Shown in pieces: positions 1-13,808 of a DNA stretch of 64,000 nucleotides (position 1 is its first letter; the number at the start of each line of letters is the position of its first letter). The notes beneath the pieces were generated by a model. The model was not told where the DNA came from. It did not search any database and was given only the letters and a program-made list of their open reading frames with translations. Both the position numbers and the translations under genes were made by a program. The stretch is from Nymphaea colorata (lineage: Eukaryota). The stretch covers positions 37,386,001 to 37,450,000 of the forward strand of contig NC_045138.2 in NCBI RefSeq assembly GCF_008831285.2, read 5' to 3'.

Positions 1-995
1 AACTTTCAAAAATAAAATTGAAATTGAATTAAAAAAATTAAATCAAGTAAATTAAATAGTTTGGATCAATGTTTAACTATTTAAAAAGCATCAAAGTGTG
101 TCCAAATACTCTTCTTGGATACAAAGATCTTATTGAAGTACCCACGTGACTTAGGCAATTTTAATTCTCAAGTATCATTGAAAAGAAAATATAGACAAAA
201 GCCTAAGACATCTTTGGCCACGATTTGATCTTTCCAATTCCAAACCCAGGTCCACCTTCCCTTCATCAGAGATCTGGGTCTAAAACTTGTTACTCGAATT
301 CGGATCTCACTGTCCGGACCAGTGTTATAAGAACTGGTCTGAAACGGTCGAAAATATGCATCCTATTTTATCTGATTCTCCTTTTTCTTAGCATCTTGGT
401 TTATAGCCTTAGATTATAATTAAATTGAAACCTTCGATTATACTTAACATCGATTCGGGCGATTTTATTTCAATTTTATTTGTTTGATATTTTTCTATAC
501 CTTAGCATAATGGAGATCATATAGATGACCAATTGCTTCAATTTGAAAGTTAATTCTTGATCATGCTTTGCATTTTTTCCCCATATTTTATCGCCTTGTT
601 GATGATTTTAATTCTTTCACAATTTTTTAATTCTTTTCTAATTTTTAATCTTTTAAAATTGAAAAATACATTTTAATCAATCCATTTACAAAAAGATTCT
701 AATTGGATTCGATCCACACCCCCATTTACTTTTTCAATTCGTCTAAGAAATCCGGTTTCATAAGATTTGTCCGGACCCAGTACTTGAAGGAAATCATATT
801 TCGGTCCTCGAGCAGTTCCAAATTATTGGTTCCACATCCTATGGATGTCCGTCATTGTGGAGGGTAATGTCGCCAATTAATTCAGCTCACAGTGGCTTGC
901 CGGTTGCCCTCGGGAGTGGATGCTTTACGCCCTTTCCCTCTGCGCGGGACTCTCTCTCTCTCTCTCTCTCTCTCTTGTGTGTGCTTGCTCCTGAG

Positions 996-3038
996 ATGTC
1001 TCTGGTTGACTATGCATCGTCTTCGGACGAGGAATCAGATAAAGAAGAAGGAGAAGAAGAAAGAGGAGGAGGAGGAGAAGATAAAGGACGCGCAGGACCA
1101 AGGCCGAACCCTAGCACTCTTTCCTCGCACTCGAATCGGTACGTCTTCCTCTTCTCTTTTTCACGAGTCATGATCGATATTTTTTGTCCTGGCTGGTCGA
1201 ATTAAAGGATTGCTATTGCCTGTCGGAGAATCTGTTTTCCAAGTCGATGAGATATTAAGATGAGTGTGTTCTTCTGGCGCCTTCTAGCTTTCGCGTCTGG
1301 GTGCTGTAGTTTTCTGTGGTTCTTTTTCTATATATTTACATGTTTTTTTTTCTGTTGGGTTTGGTTTATTTTCTCGTGTGAATTTGAGAATTCTTGCGGC
1401 CATCTATCTCCTTAGGAGTTTTCTTAGTTGTTGTAGATAGTGAGGTTCTTCTTGCATAAGGGATTTGTTCTGCAGTTGGACGACGTTGAATGTAGAAAGG
1501 TTCCTCCATTTCCTTTTCTTTTGTGACTTAAATCTTCTTGTACTAGGCGAGTTATGCGTATGACGAATTTGTTCGATTTTAGAATTGGGGAATTGATGGT
1601 GAAAATTTCTGTCTTTTTTCATTCTATTTGATTCTTTAACTGTTATCTTTTGTTCGAGAAATTGGTCCTGTTTTATGTGTTCTTCCTTTTTCCCTTTCAC
1701 TTGTTGAGGCTGCTAGGTGGGTGAACTGAAGTGCGGTGGGATTGGCGAAGGAATGTGACTGACTCCAGAATTACTTGATTATATATTTCAGGAACCCGGT
1801 TGCTTCATCACGCCAGGATCAGGCACCAAATTCATCTCAACGAACAATTCAAAGGCTCCCTGATGTCTCTCAACTTCTTGATTCGCCTTCGTTTACGCCG
1901 GATCAACTGAATGGCGGCGATCATTCCTCCCGGGTAGCCGCTGCTATGGCTGCACGTGAGCTGAAGAAGCGAGAGTCAAATGGTTCACTTCCTTCGCTAC
2001 CACAGAGAAAAATTGCTAGAGGAAACTTGCCCCCACAAAGAATTCAACCAGACACTGTTGGTAGTCGTCTTCTTCCGCCTCAAATTAGTGGAAGGTTTGA
2101 TACGTCATTGGCTCTTTCTGTTGCAGTTTTGCTTGGCTCTATTAGACATGTTTTCAGCTTGCAGTCTTTAACTATCGATCCATGTTCTTATCCTGAAATT
2201 ATTCTTATTACGAAGAGTTTACATTCTATGATTATTTCATTAAAGTGCAAAATATGGACCCCCATTTTCTGCACCTCCAAGTTACTCGTTGATGGGGGTA
2301 ATCTTGTTCCTTTCCGAGATCATTTCTCTTATTTTCTTTTGCATTGGTGCTGTTGTTTTCTTCTGTTGCTAATTGTTTCTACATTACATAATTACATTCT
2401 ACTACTGCTAGTTATTCATTTTTGTTTTGGTGATGTGAGTTCTTTTCCTTTTTTTTGGTCTACTAGACGAAGTAGAAACGAGAGCTTGGCTCTAAACAAA
2501 TTCTACGGCTTACCCAAAAGGAAACTTGTTTCATTGTAAACCATTCTGGAAACTCGAAAACCACGTATCTTGATAAGGGGCAGGAATTTCAACAGTGATA
2601 CAGTGAGACAATGGTGAAACCAGTCCACTTTTTCTCAACATCGTTTGTTTCATGAAATTTTTGCTTTGACATATGAATATGAGAGCAGTGATGATGTTGA
2701 TTTGAATTAGTCGAGGTCTTTTAGAGCTTTAAAATGCAAGCGGAAGGATGTTGCCCTGGATGTATTGATTTTTATATCGTAGTCATTTTCTTTTTTGCGT
2801 TATTCAGATTGTTCAGTCCTTTGTCCTCTGAAATTTCATTTCTTTCATTCTTGAGTTGTTGAAATTTCTTTACGAAGTAGTTGTAAAAGGTAGGTGTAAT
2901 TTATCATGATGCTGTTCATAGGAGCCATTCTGAAGCTTTGTTTTGCTGCTGAGCAGGAGTAATGTTGTAACGGAAGACATCGATAAGCTGTTTGTGAAGA
3001 GGCGACGTGAGGAAAACGGTGGTCATTCTGATCAATAA
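996..3038 (+). CDS. Small uncharacterised plant protein (~175 aa); exons 996-1138, 1792-2094, 2957-3038
   Basis: ATG follows a (CT)n leader. Two GT-AG introns join in frame (528 nt): MSLVDYASSSDEE...LPDVSQLLDSP...DHSSRVAAAMA...LLPPQISGR|SNVVTEDIDKLFVKRRR...stop. Acidic N-terminus and basic C-terminal cluster. Function not recognised. Confidence 0.8.
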
Positions 3039-6000
3039 GATGTAGATCTGCCTCACGTGTATGTATCATCCACTAACATTCTAATGACTAATTAGAAGAC
3101 TTCATGGTGCAGGATGTTCTTCTGCATGGAAATATGAACAGGCCAGTATGGTTTGCTTTACAATAATTTTATAGGAAGTTTTTCTGTTGTTCAATTAGTG
3201 CATTTTCCTCTGAATTCCTATTACAGTGAGATCTCAATCTTATCGTGTTCGGCAATAGTTTTCCCTTCGACGGCGGAAACCACAGAGATTTTTGGGCATG
3301 TGGCAATGACCCACGCAGGAGGTCCATGCTATATGAGATATAAACTAGTTATCACATGCCTCTGTAACGACTCTTTGTGCTGATTGGTTCAGCGTACTGC
3401 CAAGAATTAACAGTGAAAATCTGAATGTTTGCAACTGGGAACTTGAAAGCGGCTTAGAACAAATTATTTTGCTCCAAACCATCTCGACACCGCTACTTGA
3501 ATAGAGACAAACCTCACTTTCATTACCTTTTCACTTTTTGAGATATAAATGTTGGGTTATGGTCATGAACCAGCTCATCCGTTATGAAGGCCCTCATAGA
3601 ATTAGATAGCAATGAATGATGTTTTATTTTTCTCCATGACCTTTCGTCTTCCAAGAGTGGGCAGCAGGGGAAACCAAGCACACATTTCTGGGTATTCGAA
3701 GAGCGACACTCGTGAGAATAGAGTCGCGGCTTCGCTTTCAACTACAATCCACTCTCTTGCTCTGACCTTTTTCATACGATCATCGACTGGTTGACATTGC
3801 CATAATGCATGAACTCTGCTCTCTTCCGGCGACAGTGAATTTTTGCGAGTCATTCATTCTGTGAAGATCGAACTTTTCAAAGGTCACTCACCCTCCATGA
3901 AACCGTGATCTGCTGGTGCTGCGCACTTGACGTTTTGATGCAGGACCCAAGGGAGAACTGGATAACATGATCATCTGGATTTTTCTTCAAGGAATTAGAG
4001 TTTCACGTTTGAGCCCCTCCCAACCTGCGAAGCTAACCCACCCCAAATCGGTTCAACACCCCATCGTCGTCTTTCAAATTCATATCTCGCATGGAAAATC
4101 ATCCAGCCACGGGAGAGAAAAAATTTCGCCATCCAAATTCATGTAATTTTTTTTTTTAAACAGAACATGAACATGCTAACATAACATGTTTATGAATTCT
4201 CAGTATAAAGATGCTTTGTTAGGTGCTCTTTTTAATAAAATTTTGATGTTTCTACCATCAAAATTTTGGGGTTAAGAGCTGCCATTTTTTTATGATTAAC
4301 AGACATGTATTCTAACTCAGAAATGAATTGTTTAATATATGCTCCTATCAAAACATTTCTAAAATTATAGACATAAGGTTACATGGCATAAAAAATACTT
4401 TGGTAATTCATTTCAAGAGATTTCGTTTTTGACCGATTGAAGTGATATGTGATATACCCCTATCTATGTATATGCAACAAGTCGAAAAGGGAGCCTAGAG
4501 ACGTAGTGTACCAATGGAACATTCATAGAACATCCTGAATGTGCATCCTCAACCCTAAGATATAAACTCACATCTCTGACTTATTTAGGAAGAGACGTTT
4601 TCTATTTTTCTTTTACAAGGAAAGCTACATTCACTTAGCAAGACTTCATTGAACTGTGTGTTGCACATGACCCAAGCAGACCAGGAGCCTATCTGCTACG
4701 GCCTTTGAGGCATATTCACAGAACACTATGTTATTGTTTTATAAACGTCGTAAAGAATGAAGTAGATTTATGGAACACTGTATTCTATTATTTATTGTAT
4801 GAATATACTTAAAATTTTAGGATATATTCATGGAAGCACTAAAACAAACGCTGGTGTGGAAGAGTTTCATCGATCCAGCCATGTATATGTATCAATTTTG
4901 AACAGACAATCGAAAATTAGGATCTTATGAACTTAAAATTTATGTAAACCATGAACCTTGTCCTTGATTTCCCAAAATGCGTGCATATGCGCACAGGTTC
5001 ACACGTATAACCATGAATACGTAGCTAATGTAGATCTGCATATGTTCAGCATTTACATCCTGCACTTTGGCAAGCATGCATAGGTCAAGCTCAATGTTCT
5101 CAAAATTCGGAACCATTTAAGAGAGATCAGACATGGCAGATCCACCCGGATCATGCTCAGTTTCAATCAATTTATGACCATACAAAGATACTAAATGATA
5201 TTTTTCGTACTTTTGCATTTAGATCCAACATCTCGACCGTCCCTCTCATCCAACTGTGCCCCAAACAAATTGTAGGTCCAACTAAAACATAACATCACTG
5301 GTGCTGAACAATTGTGTCCATCCATCGCCTGAATTGGACGGTGGAGATTTAGGATTTACGCGGAAGCATGGTTGGGCAGGTTATATTTTCTAGCCACCAA
5401 GCTAATACAATTTGGATTGTTAAAGGAATTTATAATAACGGAAGTCAAACTTACATGAACATGACTGAGTAAGTACCAGAGATCCAAATGGGTTAAAAGA
5501 ATGTGAGCTGTATATTAAATTTCTACCACGTCACCGCTTAAAAACGACAAATCACAGCAGTAAATACACTACTATTTCATATTGAAGCCTTAAATGCTGT
5601 GACCTGTAAAAAAATTGACAGTTTTACTGCTATTACCAAGTTGCATGCATTATTAACTTTTCCCTTATGACCTCCATTAATATTAGAACGTACAGTTTTT
5701 TTTTTCTTGTATGAAGCTTGTGATTAATTATTTTAAGGATCTTATAGTTTTGTTATGTTAGAAAATCTATATGAAGACCATTAATAAATGGGGACCTCAA
5801 GGGGCATGATGCAGAGGGTCGGATTAGGAACCTGTAAAAAGGCAGATTTATAGTTTGATTCTCTTGATTTGATTTTCCAAGGCCTTGTTCATTCATATAT
5901 TACATTACAAATACTATCCAGAAGCATATTATATACTGCATAAATACAAATATTTGCTAACTAAAAGTCAAAACTGCTCATCTGTACAGACGGAGACATA

Positions 6001-6558
6001 AGGTTTGGACTTTGGAGTCAATCAAGCAAAGACATCACCAATGTTTGACTGAACTGATTAACCGTTAAAAAAAGAAGAAGAATATACGTCAAAAATGCAA
6101 AAAAAAAAAAGTGAAAATCATTTATGATGTTAACTAGGAAAGAAAAGATCTGATAGTTATTGGGACGGCGCAAAGATTTTCTTTTTTTATCTCAATGATT
6201 ATTTATACACTATAATTAGTTTGTGCTGTTGTGAATTATTTGCCTAACTAGTCTGGTCTTTCATAGTTAACAAAAAAAAAAAGATTTTTTAAACCTTAAA
6301 GAAAGCACATGCATTTAATAAATTACTTGGATCAATTATGCTTTTCATCTGTCTTTAAGTAGGAATCAAGAAAGTTAAGACATGAAGACAATGAGAATTT
6401 TTTCCAAATGAAATCACCATGTGTTGGGCACATGGTCATTTCCATAAGTCAATTTAAAATAATAATAGTTCAGTTCATGTTATTTGAAACTATATCAGTC
6501 TTGCAATGAAAAATTCCTGACGCTGCCTCGTTTGAAGAAATGAGAGCATGCTCCTTCA

Positions 6559-6746
6559 TAGATTGGGAGCCAAGGTAGGGCTTTTAGGGGCATTGGCCCA
6601 CTTCAAAAAAAAAAAAATTACATGTAAATTTTAAAATATTTCACTTGTCTTATATATAAATTTTGAAAAATGATATTTCAACCCATGTCAAAATTTAAAA
6701 ACTTTAATTCAATCTCTCTCATAAAAAATTTCTGACTCCGCCCTTA
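6559..6746. mobile_element. Non-autonomous hAT-like MITE (family A, AGGGGCGGAGCCA-type ends)
   Basis: Degenerate TIRs TAGATTGGGAGCCA ... TGACTCCGCCCTTA. Flanked by 8-bp near-identical CTCCTTCA (6551-6558) and CTCCTTAA (6747-6754). AT-rich core is shared with other copies in the window. Confidence 0.6.
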
Positions 6747-8224
6747 CTCCTTAAAATACTACTTCCATGTCCTTTAAAAGGGCTCCGATTCTAAAGCACT
6801 GTAGACCTATCAGCAAAATTTACCATATCTGATCGCCTGTTGGCTGCACAGGAGACATCCGATCGACAAGTTGATGGCTAGAGAGAGAAAAGTATATAAA
6901 TAAATAAATAGATTGAAAAAAAAATTGTAAGTAACCTGATCATGGGGGATTAATGGAGGGCTACGTGAAGAGGAGGACAGTTGAGAACGTCATGGCTTCA
7001 TGATCAGATGAAGCAGTAGTAGTAAACAAGTAGCTGAGTTTAGCGTGGAGTTCCCTTTTTATGCAAGTTCAAAGTTGGGCGATCAATATAAAAGTGCAAT
7101 ACAAATCCATCCACGTCGATGCTTTGTCACAGAGATCAGTTCTGACTCAGGAACACCACCGTGTGACTCATGTACGGCACACAAACACGCACAGATTGAG
7201 GAAGAGAAAGAATCACTAAAAATTTTCCTCTCATTAGTAATCTGCATATGTATTGAGTGCATATTTATTTCATTTAGGGAAAATCCCATGGCCCAGGTGA
7301 AACTCTAAGCTTCACCTATTCCAGGGTTCAGGGCTACATTACATTAATGACGATTGAATTGCAATGCAATATTCTTCATTTTTAATGAGTGGTATAACTT
7401 TGGATCTAGTCATCATGGTACCATAATGACATGATGATTATAAAGATGACGGTGAAGATAATGAATGCTCATGACATGTACTACCTGAAGTTGCGGTCCA
7501 CGAAACTTTGACAGATCATGAAGATCAATAACGCTGAGAGTTTTTGAGGCTTTTGCTTGGATCTGAAATCAACAAAGCCAAAGATCCACGGTTTAAACAG
7601 TGGGTTCCCGTCCTATAAACTGTGGATTTCATATTAACCTTACATTTGGATCAGGTCCGAGGCTATCAAACTTGCCCTTAAGTTGTATATGGACTAAATT
7701 TGGTACCAACGATATTATTTTTGGGTTAAGTAACTAATGCGGCAGACCTCGCCTAAATTATGCCAACAAAATGCACTTTGAATTTTGAACTCTCAGCCTT
7801 TAATTTTGAAGCTTGAGTGTTAAATTGAAACAAATCCACGAGGAATGCTCATCTTGTTGACGGATATATATATATATATATATATGGTGTTGCCTTAGTA
7901 AGGCTTTGGTAGTTTGAGCGGGTGAAGGGGTGTAGTATATATAGTTGCTCAGGTTGGAAGGAAGGTCGATGAAAACCCAACCATCAGTAAGCATGGGCAT
8001 TGGGCCGGCCAAGCCCGCTTCACGAGTTAAAACCCGTTAGTATGATTAACATTAAAAAATATATATAAATATAATTAACTATAATAAAATATATAATTGT
8101 ATAATAGTAATATTACATATAAATTATCAGGTCGAAATAGTTTGAGTCAGATGGAGCTAGGCTGGTCCGACACCCAATTTTTGGGATTGGACCTAGGATA
8201 GAGTCAGGCTGGATACTAGGTACA

Positions 8225-8377
8225 GGTACCTGACCCAATACCCAAACTTAATCATCAGTTTTCTGACCCAATATACTAGGACCTAGGATATTGGGTACCT
8301 GACCCAATATACTAGGATATTGGGTACCTGACCCAATATACTAGGACCTAGGATATTGGGTACTTGACTCAATACCC
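8225..8377. repeat. Tandem array of a ~29-bp palindromic unit CTAGGATATTGGGTACCTGACCCAATATA
   Basis: Two exact adjacent units (8283-8311, 8312-8340), plus partial or degenerate units either side. Each unit contains the inverted pair ATATTGGGT/ACCCAATAT. Confidence 0.85.
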
Positions 8378-8819
8378 AAACTGGACACATTATTCTTCTG
8401 AATTGCAAATAATGGTAGTGTGGTACTTTAATTGATGAGTGTATACAAGTCCATTCAAGTATAAAATTAGCCATGAATCTCGAAAACAAGCGAATGGGCA
8501 GAAGGCTTCAGCCTTTCTTCCACTCACCCAAATGTTTGATGGTTCCAGTTCATACATAATTAAAAAAGAAAGAGAGTCACTCAAAGTATGACTATCTGTC
8601 AAATTAAATTCAATAAAAAGCACAAAACAAGCCTCCTTATAAGGACAAAACGGTAAAAGTGCATTTTTTTTCTCAAAAGACAGATCTTTCTTCAAAAATA
8701 TGTTTGAACGTCAGATTGACTTTTGCACTTTCGAGAGATCATATATATGGCCGTGATTTTCTGAATTTTATACGATTCCATAATCAGTCCTAAATTAATT
8801 GCAATTTGTTAGCCTGGGT

Positions 8820-8971
8820 GGGGACAGAGTCAGGGGCTCGGCTATGGCCCCCCAAGCTTTTGAAAATTTAAATTTATCATTTATGTTTCGAAAATTTTAA
8901 TTTCCACCCCAGTAGAATTTTTGAAAATTACGTTCGGCCTTCCTTTGATAAAAACGTTAGCTCCACTTCTA
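8820..8971. mobile_element. hAT-like MITE (family A)
   Basis: Ends GGGGACAGAGTCA ... TAGCTCCACTTCTA. Flanks GCCTGGGT (8812-8819) and GCCTCGGT (8972-8979) form an 8-bp TSD with 1 mismatch. Core has TTTGAAAATT repeats like 6559-6746. Confidence 0.55.
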
Positions 8972-10299
8972 GCCTCGGTATTAACATTTTGAAAATGACT
9001 TCCGTTCAAAACCATTCCACCAAAGTGATGAAATATGGTCCGACCAAGAAAAGCCTCATCAGTGAATTGAACATACGTTTTTTTTTTTAATACCAAAAAA
9101 CAAGTATTCAAATGGGTCAATATTTATTTCAAAAAAAATATTATTTATTTTGACTGCTTAGAAAATCATTATTTAGTTTAAAAAAAATGACCTAAAAATG
9201 CTCTCTCTAAAAAGTGTTGTTTTCCTGACTTAGTTCACCAGTAAAGAAAGTGGCCTGATGTTAGCTCATCCTATCGAATGAGGCCCGATATCATTAATTC
9301 GCTTACACAGAGAATATTAATGCTAAACGAAATCTATCTTGGGAAGTCGATATCATTTGATAGTCTTAGCATTGATATGAAAAGCTATGTAACTTTGAAG
9401 TCATGACAATATAATTTTGTATTTCTCCTACAAAAATTTTGTAGGCCGTGCTTTGCACTTGTCCATCTTATATTCCTTCCAACTAGGCTTTTATATATAT
9501 ATATATACACACACAAATGAGCGCACCAAATACAAATACTAATTATAAACTAAGCGGATACAATGAATGCCAACAGAAAATTGGCAACTCATAAAATTAA
9601 TTATTAGTTGACTTTTAAAAACCACTTTGCGTATATTCATTTACAGGTCATCTGATCATATTGTTCGTATTGTAAATATTAGTGCACACAGGTTCTCATT
9701 ATTAATATTATTCATATTCTAAAAGCCTCAAGGATGATGTTTGCTTAGGCTCTTCTCCTCCACTGGGTTGGACTCAGCTAAATATTGGGAATACGAAACA
9801 CTTTGTTCCACAGAACACAACGTTCCTGCTTAGAGAAGCGACAGAAATTCTTATTTATAGAAATTTTAGTTTTTTTATGGGTGTTTGACGAAGAATGTCA
9901 CATGACACACCTTTTACCGTGTTTGAATAGAAGTCTATGATAGATCAAGACAACAATATGTCTGCTAAAAACTTCTTTTGATTAAACATTCAGGCACGTT
10001 TTCAGGCATGTTTGAGCCTTTGGCTGCCCGACTCTTTGTTCCTGATTGGTCAATTTTACAGAGACGAAGTTCTGGTTTCTCAACGAGCCCTTTGTAAGGC
10101 AGATAAAAGATTTTGAAAACCCATATATAGACTGCATATGTTAAATCTGGAGAAACTAATATATATATATATATATATATATAAGCCCGTTTGAATGACT
10201 TGTACAATACAAACTTTGCATCTTCACAAAACAAAGTAGTATGGGAAGCAGATGTTGCTGCCGATTAAGGGAGATGGCAGCAGAAAACAAAAAAAATTA

Positions 10300-10616
10300 A
10301 AATACCCTATAGGGGCCATGGCCTTTCCTCAAATTTAAAAAATTAAAAAATATTGCATGTAAAGTTTAAAATTAGTTTATCCTATATGAAAATTTTAAAA
10401 AATTATATTTCGATCCATGTTAAAATTTTAAAACTATAGTTTAACCCTCTGCAAGGAAAAATTCCCTGCAAGATTTATAAAAGTTCAAAATATTACATGT
10501 AAAATTTAAAAGTTTTAGTTTTACATAAAAATTTTAAACATTATATTTTGGCCCTCTGTTAAAATTTTGAAACTATAGTCCAACTCCTGTAATAAAAAAT
10601 TCTTAGCTCTGTCCTG
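10300..10616. mobile_element. Degenerate family-A MITE with internally duplicated core
   Basis: AGGGGCCATGGCC start. The core ...TATT(G/A)CATGTAAA...TTATATTT...TAAAATTTT(A/G)AAACTATAGT occurs twice (~10345-10465 and ~10485-10600). Similar to 6559-6746. Confidence 0.5.
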
Positions 10617-13312
10617 CCTTTAACAAAAAAAAAGAAAAAAGAAAAAAGAAAATTAAGCAACAATAAAAGAAAAAATGGCCCTAACATGTTAAAACTGACA
10701 AGGAGTCTCATATTAACAGTCACTAGTTACTTGCAGTGGCCAAGCCATGTATTTATATATTGGTAGCTCTTTATACGTGAATGCCCCTTAAACTTTAAAA
10801 CTTAAGCTCTTAATGCATCTTAGCCAGAAATTTCTAACTCTATCACGGGTTATCGGAGCAGTCAATTTTAAATTTTTTTCCACCTGAAAACTTTATTTTG
10901 ATAAAAAAAAGTCAGCCTACTATCCTACCAACTCGTACCAATAAAAAATTGAAAGGAAGACCTGAAGGATTTCAAAGGCACGTTCGACGGAAAGCTACTT
11001 GGTTGACATTCTGGAGCCTCCAATTCAGCTGCAAATCTCCTTTTCTTCTTCTCCCATTTGATCTATTTATTAGATATTTGAAGTATCTTCTTCAACTTTT
11101 GAAGTTCTTAAGCTGTCGCCAATCAAGAAAGGCAGCCACCAAGACAATTGTTACTTTTCCTTTTGAATTTGTACCATCAAGGAGATATGGCAAGACCAAT
11201 TCACCTCGTGGCTCGCCAAATTCATTGGCATGGAATCTTTCTGACGTTTAGGTTGATTTTGATGCATAGATTTATGTGGGAAAAGCAAATAAAGATAAGT
11301 TCACCGTTGAGAAAGATATGCATGGACTTGCACCATCTGATTTAGTTATTTTTGGATCCAAATTGGTTTCAGATCAATATGAAGACTCTGCAATAAACCC
11401 GAAGGTAAATGGGAGGAAAAAAAAAAAAAGGAGTACATCCATTTAGAGCACCCAAGTGAGTTGGGTTTTATCTCTTTTTCCTTACTTTTAGGGTTCGGAA
11501 CTGCACCCATGTCATGCGGTGTATTTCAATTTCAACCTACACGTAAGATACATCCTTCTTTATGCTACAAATTCATAGCCCAACTGGGGTTTGAACCGGA
11601 GACCGTAAACCCACACATTCGTAGTTGACATTTGATAAATAATTTATTTTCTCAACAAACGTCCGGATGGCACGGTCGTGTTCCGTACAAAATTATTTGT
11701 GTACTTTAGTCCACAGGAGGGCTTCAGCTTTCAATATGTGTATTTATGTGGTCATATAAGCGTAAGTCGTCAAGGAAGGAAGGTGGAATCCGACCCTTCT
11801 ATTAATTAGGTTAAATCATGAGACACTGATGAACCTTGACACGCAAGGCTTGTCGATATAAATATTTATGCATATTCGGTCATTGTCCTGCCCCTTCAAA
11901 GATCATCCTTTCCTATTTCTTGAAGGAAAATCCATCTGCTTATATGCAACATTCAACATTCGTGGTGAAACATGCATGAGACTGGTTCTAGTCTTCATCT
12001 CCAAGTTTTAGCTTCTTGTTCTATTTCCTTAGCAGCCTCACAAAAAATTCAAAGATGTTTTCATGCTTAAAAGCTTAAAAAATGACTTTTGAGTTTTTTT
12101 TTTCTGGTGAGTGAGAAGTTAATAACTCATTTTTTTGGAAAAGAGGCTGGAAAGCCTCCAATTCCCTCTAGTTATCCGGTTCTGGTTTGCATCAGCAATG
12201 ACAACGGTGCACACTCCAACTTAGGCACGGTTGCTACCAGTCTGACGGTCTAAAAGCCCTGAAAATTGTCACACTTTAAAATCTTACCCTATCGTTCTCA
12301 AAAAATTAATTCAGGAGACTTTTTCTTATGATCGTTTTGCACACCATAAATCTTACACCATCTTTCTCAAACATTAATTCAGGAGACCTTCTATAGGATT
12401 CGGTAGATGAAAAACATGTTGACACAAGTGATTTTCTCATGAGGAGTAGGTTAGCGAACTAAAGTTTCATATTATCCACTGAGCTCTAGTGTTGTACAGT
12501 ACCTTATTCGTTCTGAGGAGCAGGAGAAGCATACTTCGAAAATACAGTTAAAATGTTAAAGAAATTGTTTTGACAGTGCTGTGGAATTGTTTCTGGTTAT
12601 GAACATCACACACATACACACACACACGCGTGCGTGCAGACAGCTGGACTGAGTAAATATGAATGCTTTGTATGCTGATTATAAGATGATATGTCAAGAA
12701 TAACTCTACATATTCAATTCGAATATGATCCATTGATATTTATAGCTTGAGCTTGCTCACTTCACTTAAACAAGTTCATGAACTTTAATATTGTTTATGT
12801 AAATCTTCAATACACTAAGGTCAATTTGCTTAACCTTAGCCAATATCATAATAAATAAACTAAAATTTCAAGACAAGATGATGTTTATGAGCTTTCGTTT
12901 TTCAAAGATAAGATGTTATTTGATTATTGAATTTTGTTTCTTGTCGGCCTTTAGAAACTCAATTTTTTTTTTTCTAAATTAAACGCTGGCCAGCTAACAC
13001 GTATGGCCCTGGTCACACGGCGCGCGCGCATGTACATACACAAGCAAGTGGAGAAGATGAATTAATAAAACAAAGGGAAAAGAAAACATGAAGCTCAAGT
13101 GCAATCCCGCAAAAGCAAGCACAATGAAACTAGGGGTTGATCCTCCAGTATTGATTTTATAGACAAAATTCTTTCACCACCTATCGTCACTCATCAATTT
13201 GTCATTTAAGATATGCTTCAAAATTTCCTCCCTCCTACTCAATACGTAATATTTTGTGACAGCATTGAATAATTTATCATCTCCTACAGCTAGCTTTTAA
13301 CTTCTTTTTATC

Positions 13313-13350
<38 letters not shown>

Positions 13351-13808
13351 GGATGACAGAATCATAGTTGTCATTAGGTGAGCGCTGATAGCATCAGCAT
13401 CGTGGAAGCTCGTTAAAGGTTCAGGCGGCAGCCATAGATAAGATTGGCCAGAGCGCGACCAAGCTCGTCTCACAGTCCGATAGGTGCTGCGTTCAGGTTC
13501 TGGAGATCATGAACTTGGTCAATTTTTTTAAGGTGACGCCAGAGTTGTGACTTCGAGGAAGCATATCAAAGTTCTCCAAGTAAGCTCCTGATAGGCTCTA
13601 TTAATAAAAGAATTTATGAGCGAGTGATGGCAGCACGGTGTGGCAAGGCAAGCTCACATGCATGTATAAAAGGAGATACAGAGTCCATAGGCGGAGCTGC
13701 ACGCAGAGTAGCATAGGACAGAGAAGCAAAGAGAATTCTAAGGCATCGGTAACAGCACGAGGATCGATCGATCATCGAAGCAAGGAGAGAAGTGAAGGTT
13801 GCAGCATC

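Noticed and set aside
2095..2539. C-terminal half of the 254-aa ORF 1775-2539
   Set aside because: Read-through into a T-rich intron after the AG|GTTTGA donor; the real last exon is at 2957.
3523..3853. Overlapping short ORFs downstream of gene 1
   Set aside because: No recognisable motif or consistent exon chain.
10898..11345. 117-aa and 65-aa ORFs
   Set aside because: No canonical ATG start or recognisable domain; cannot be supported as coding.
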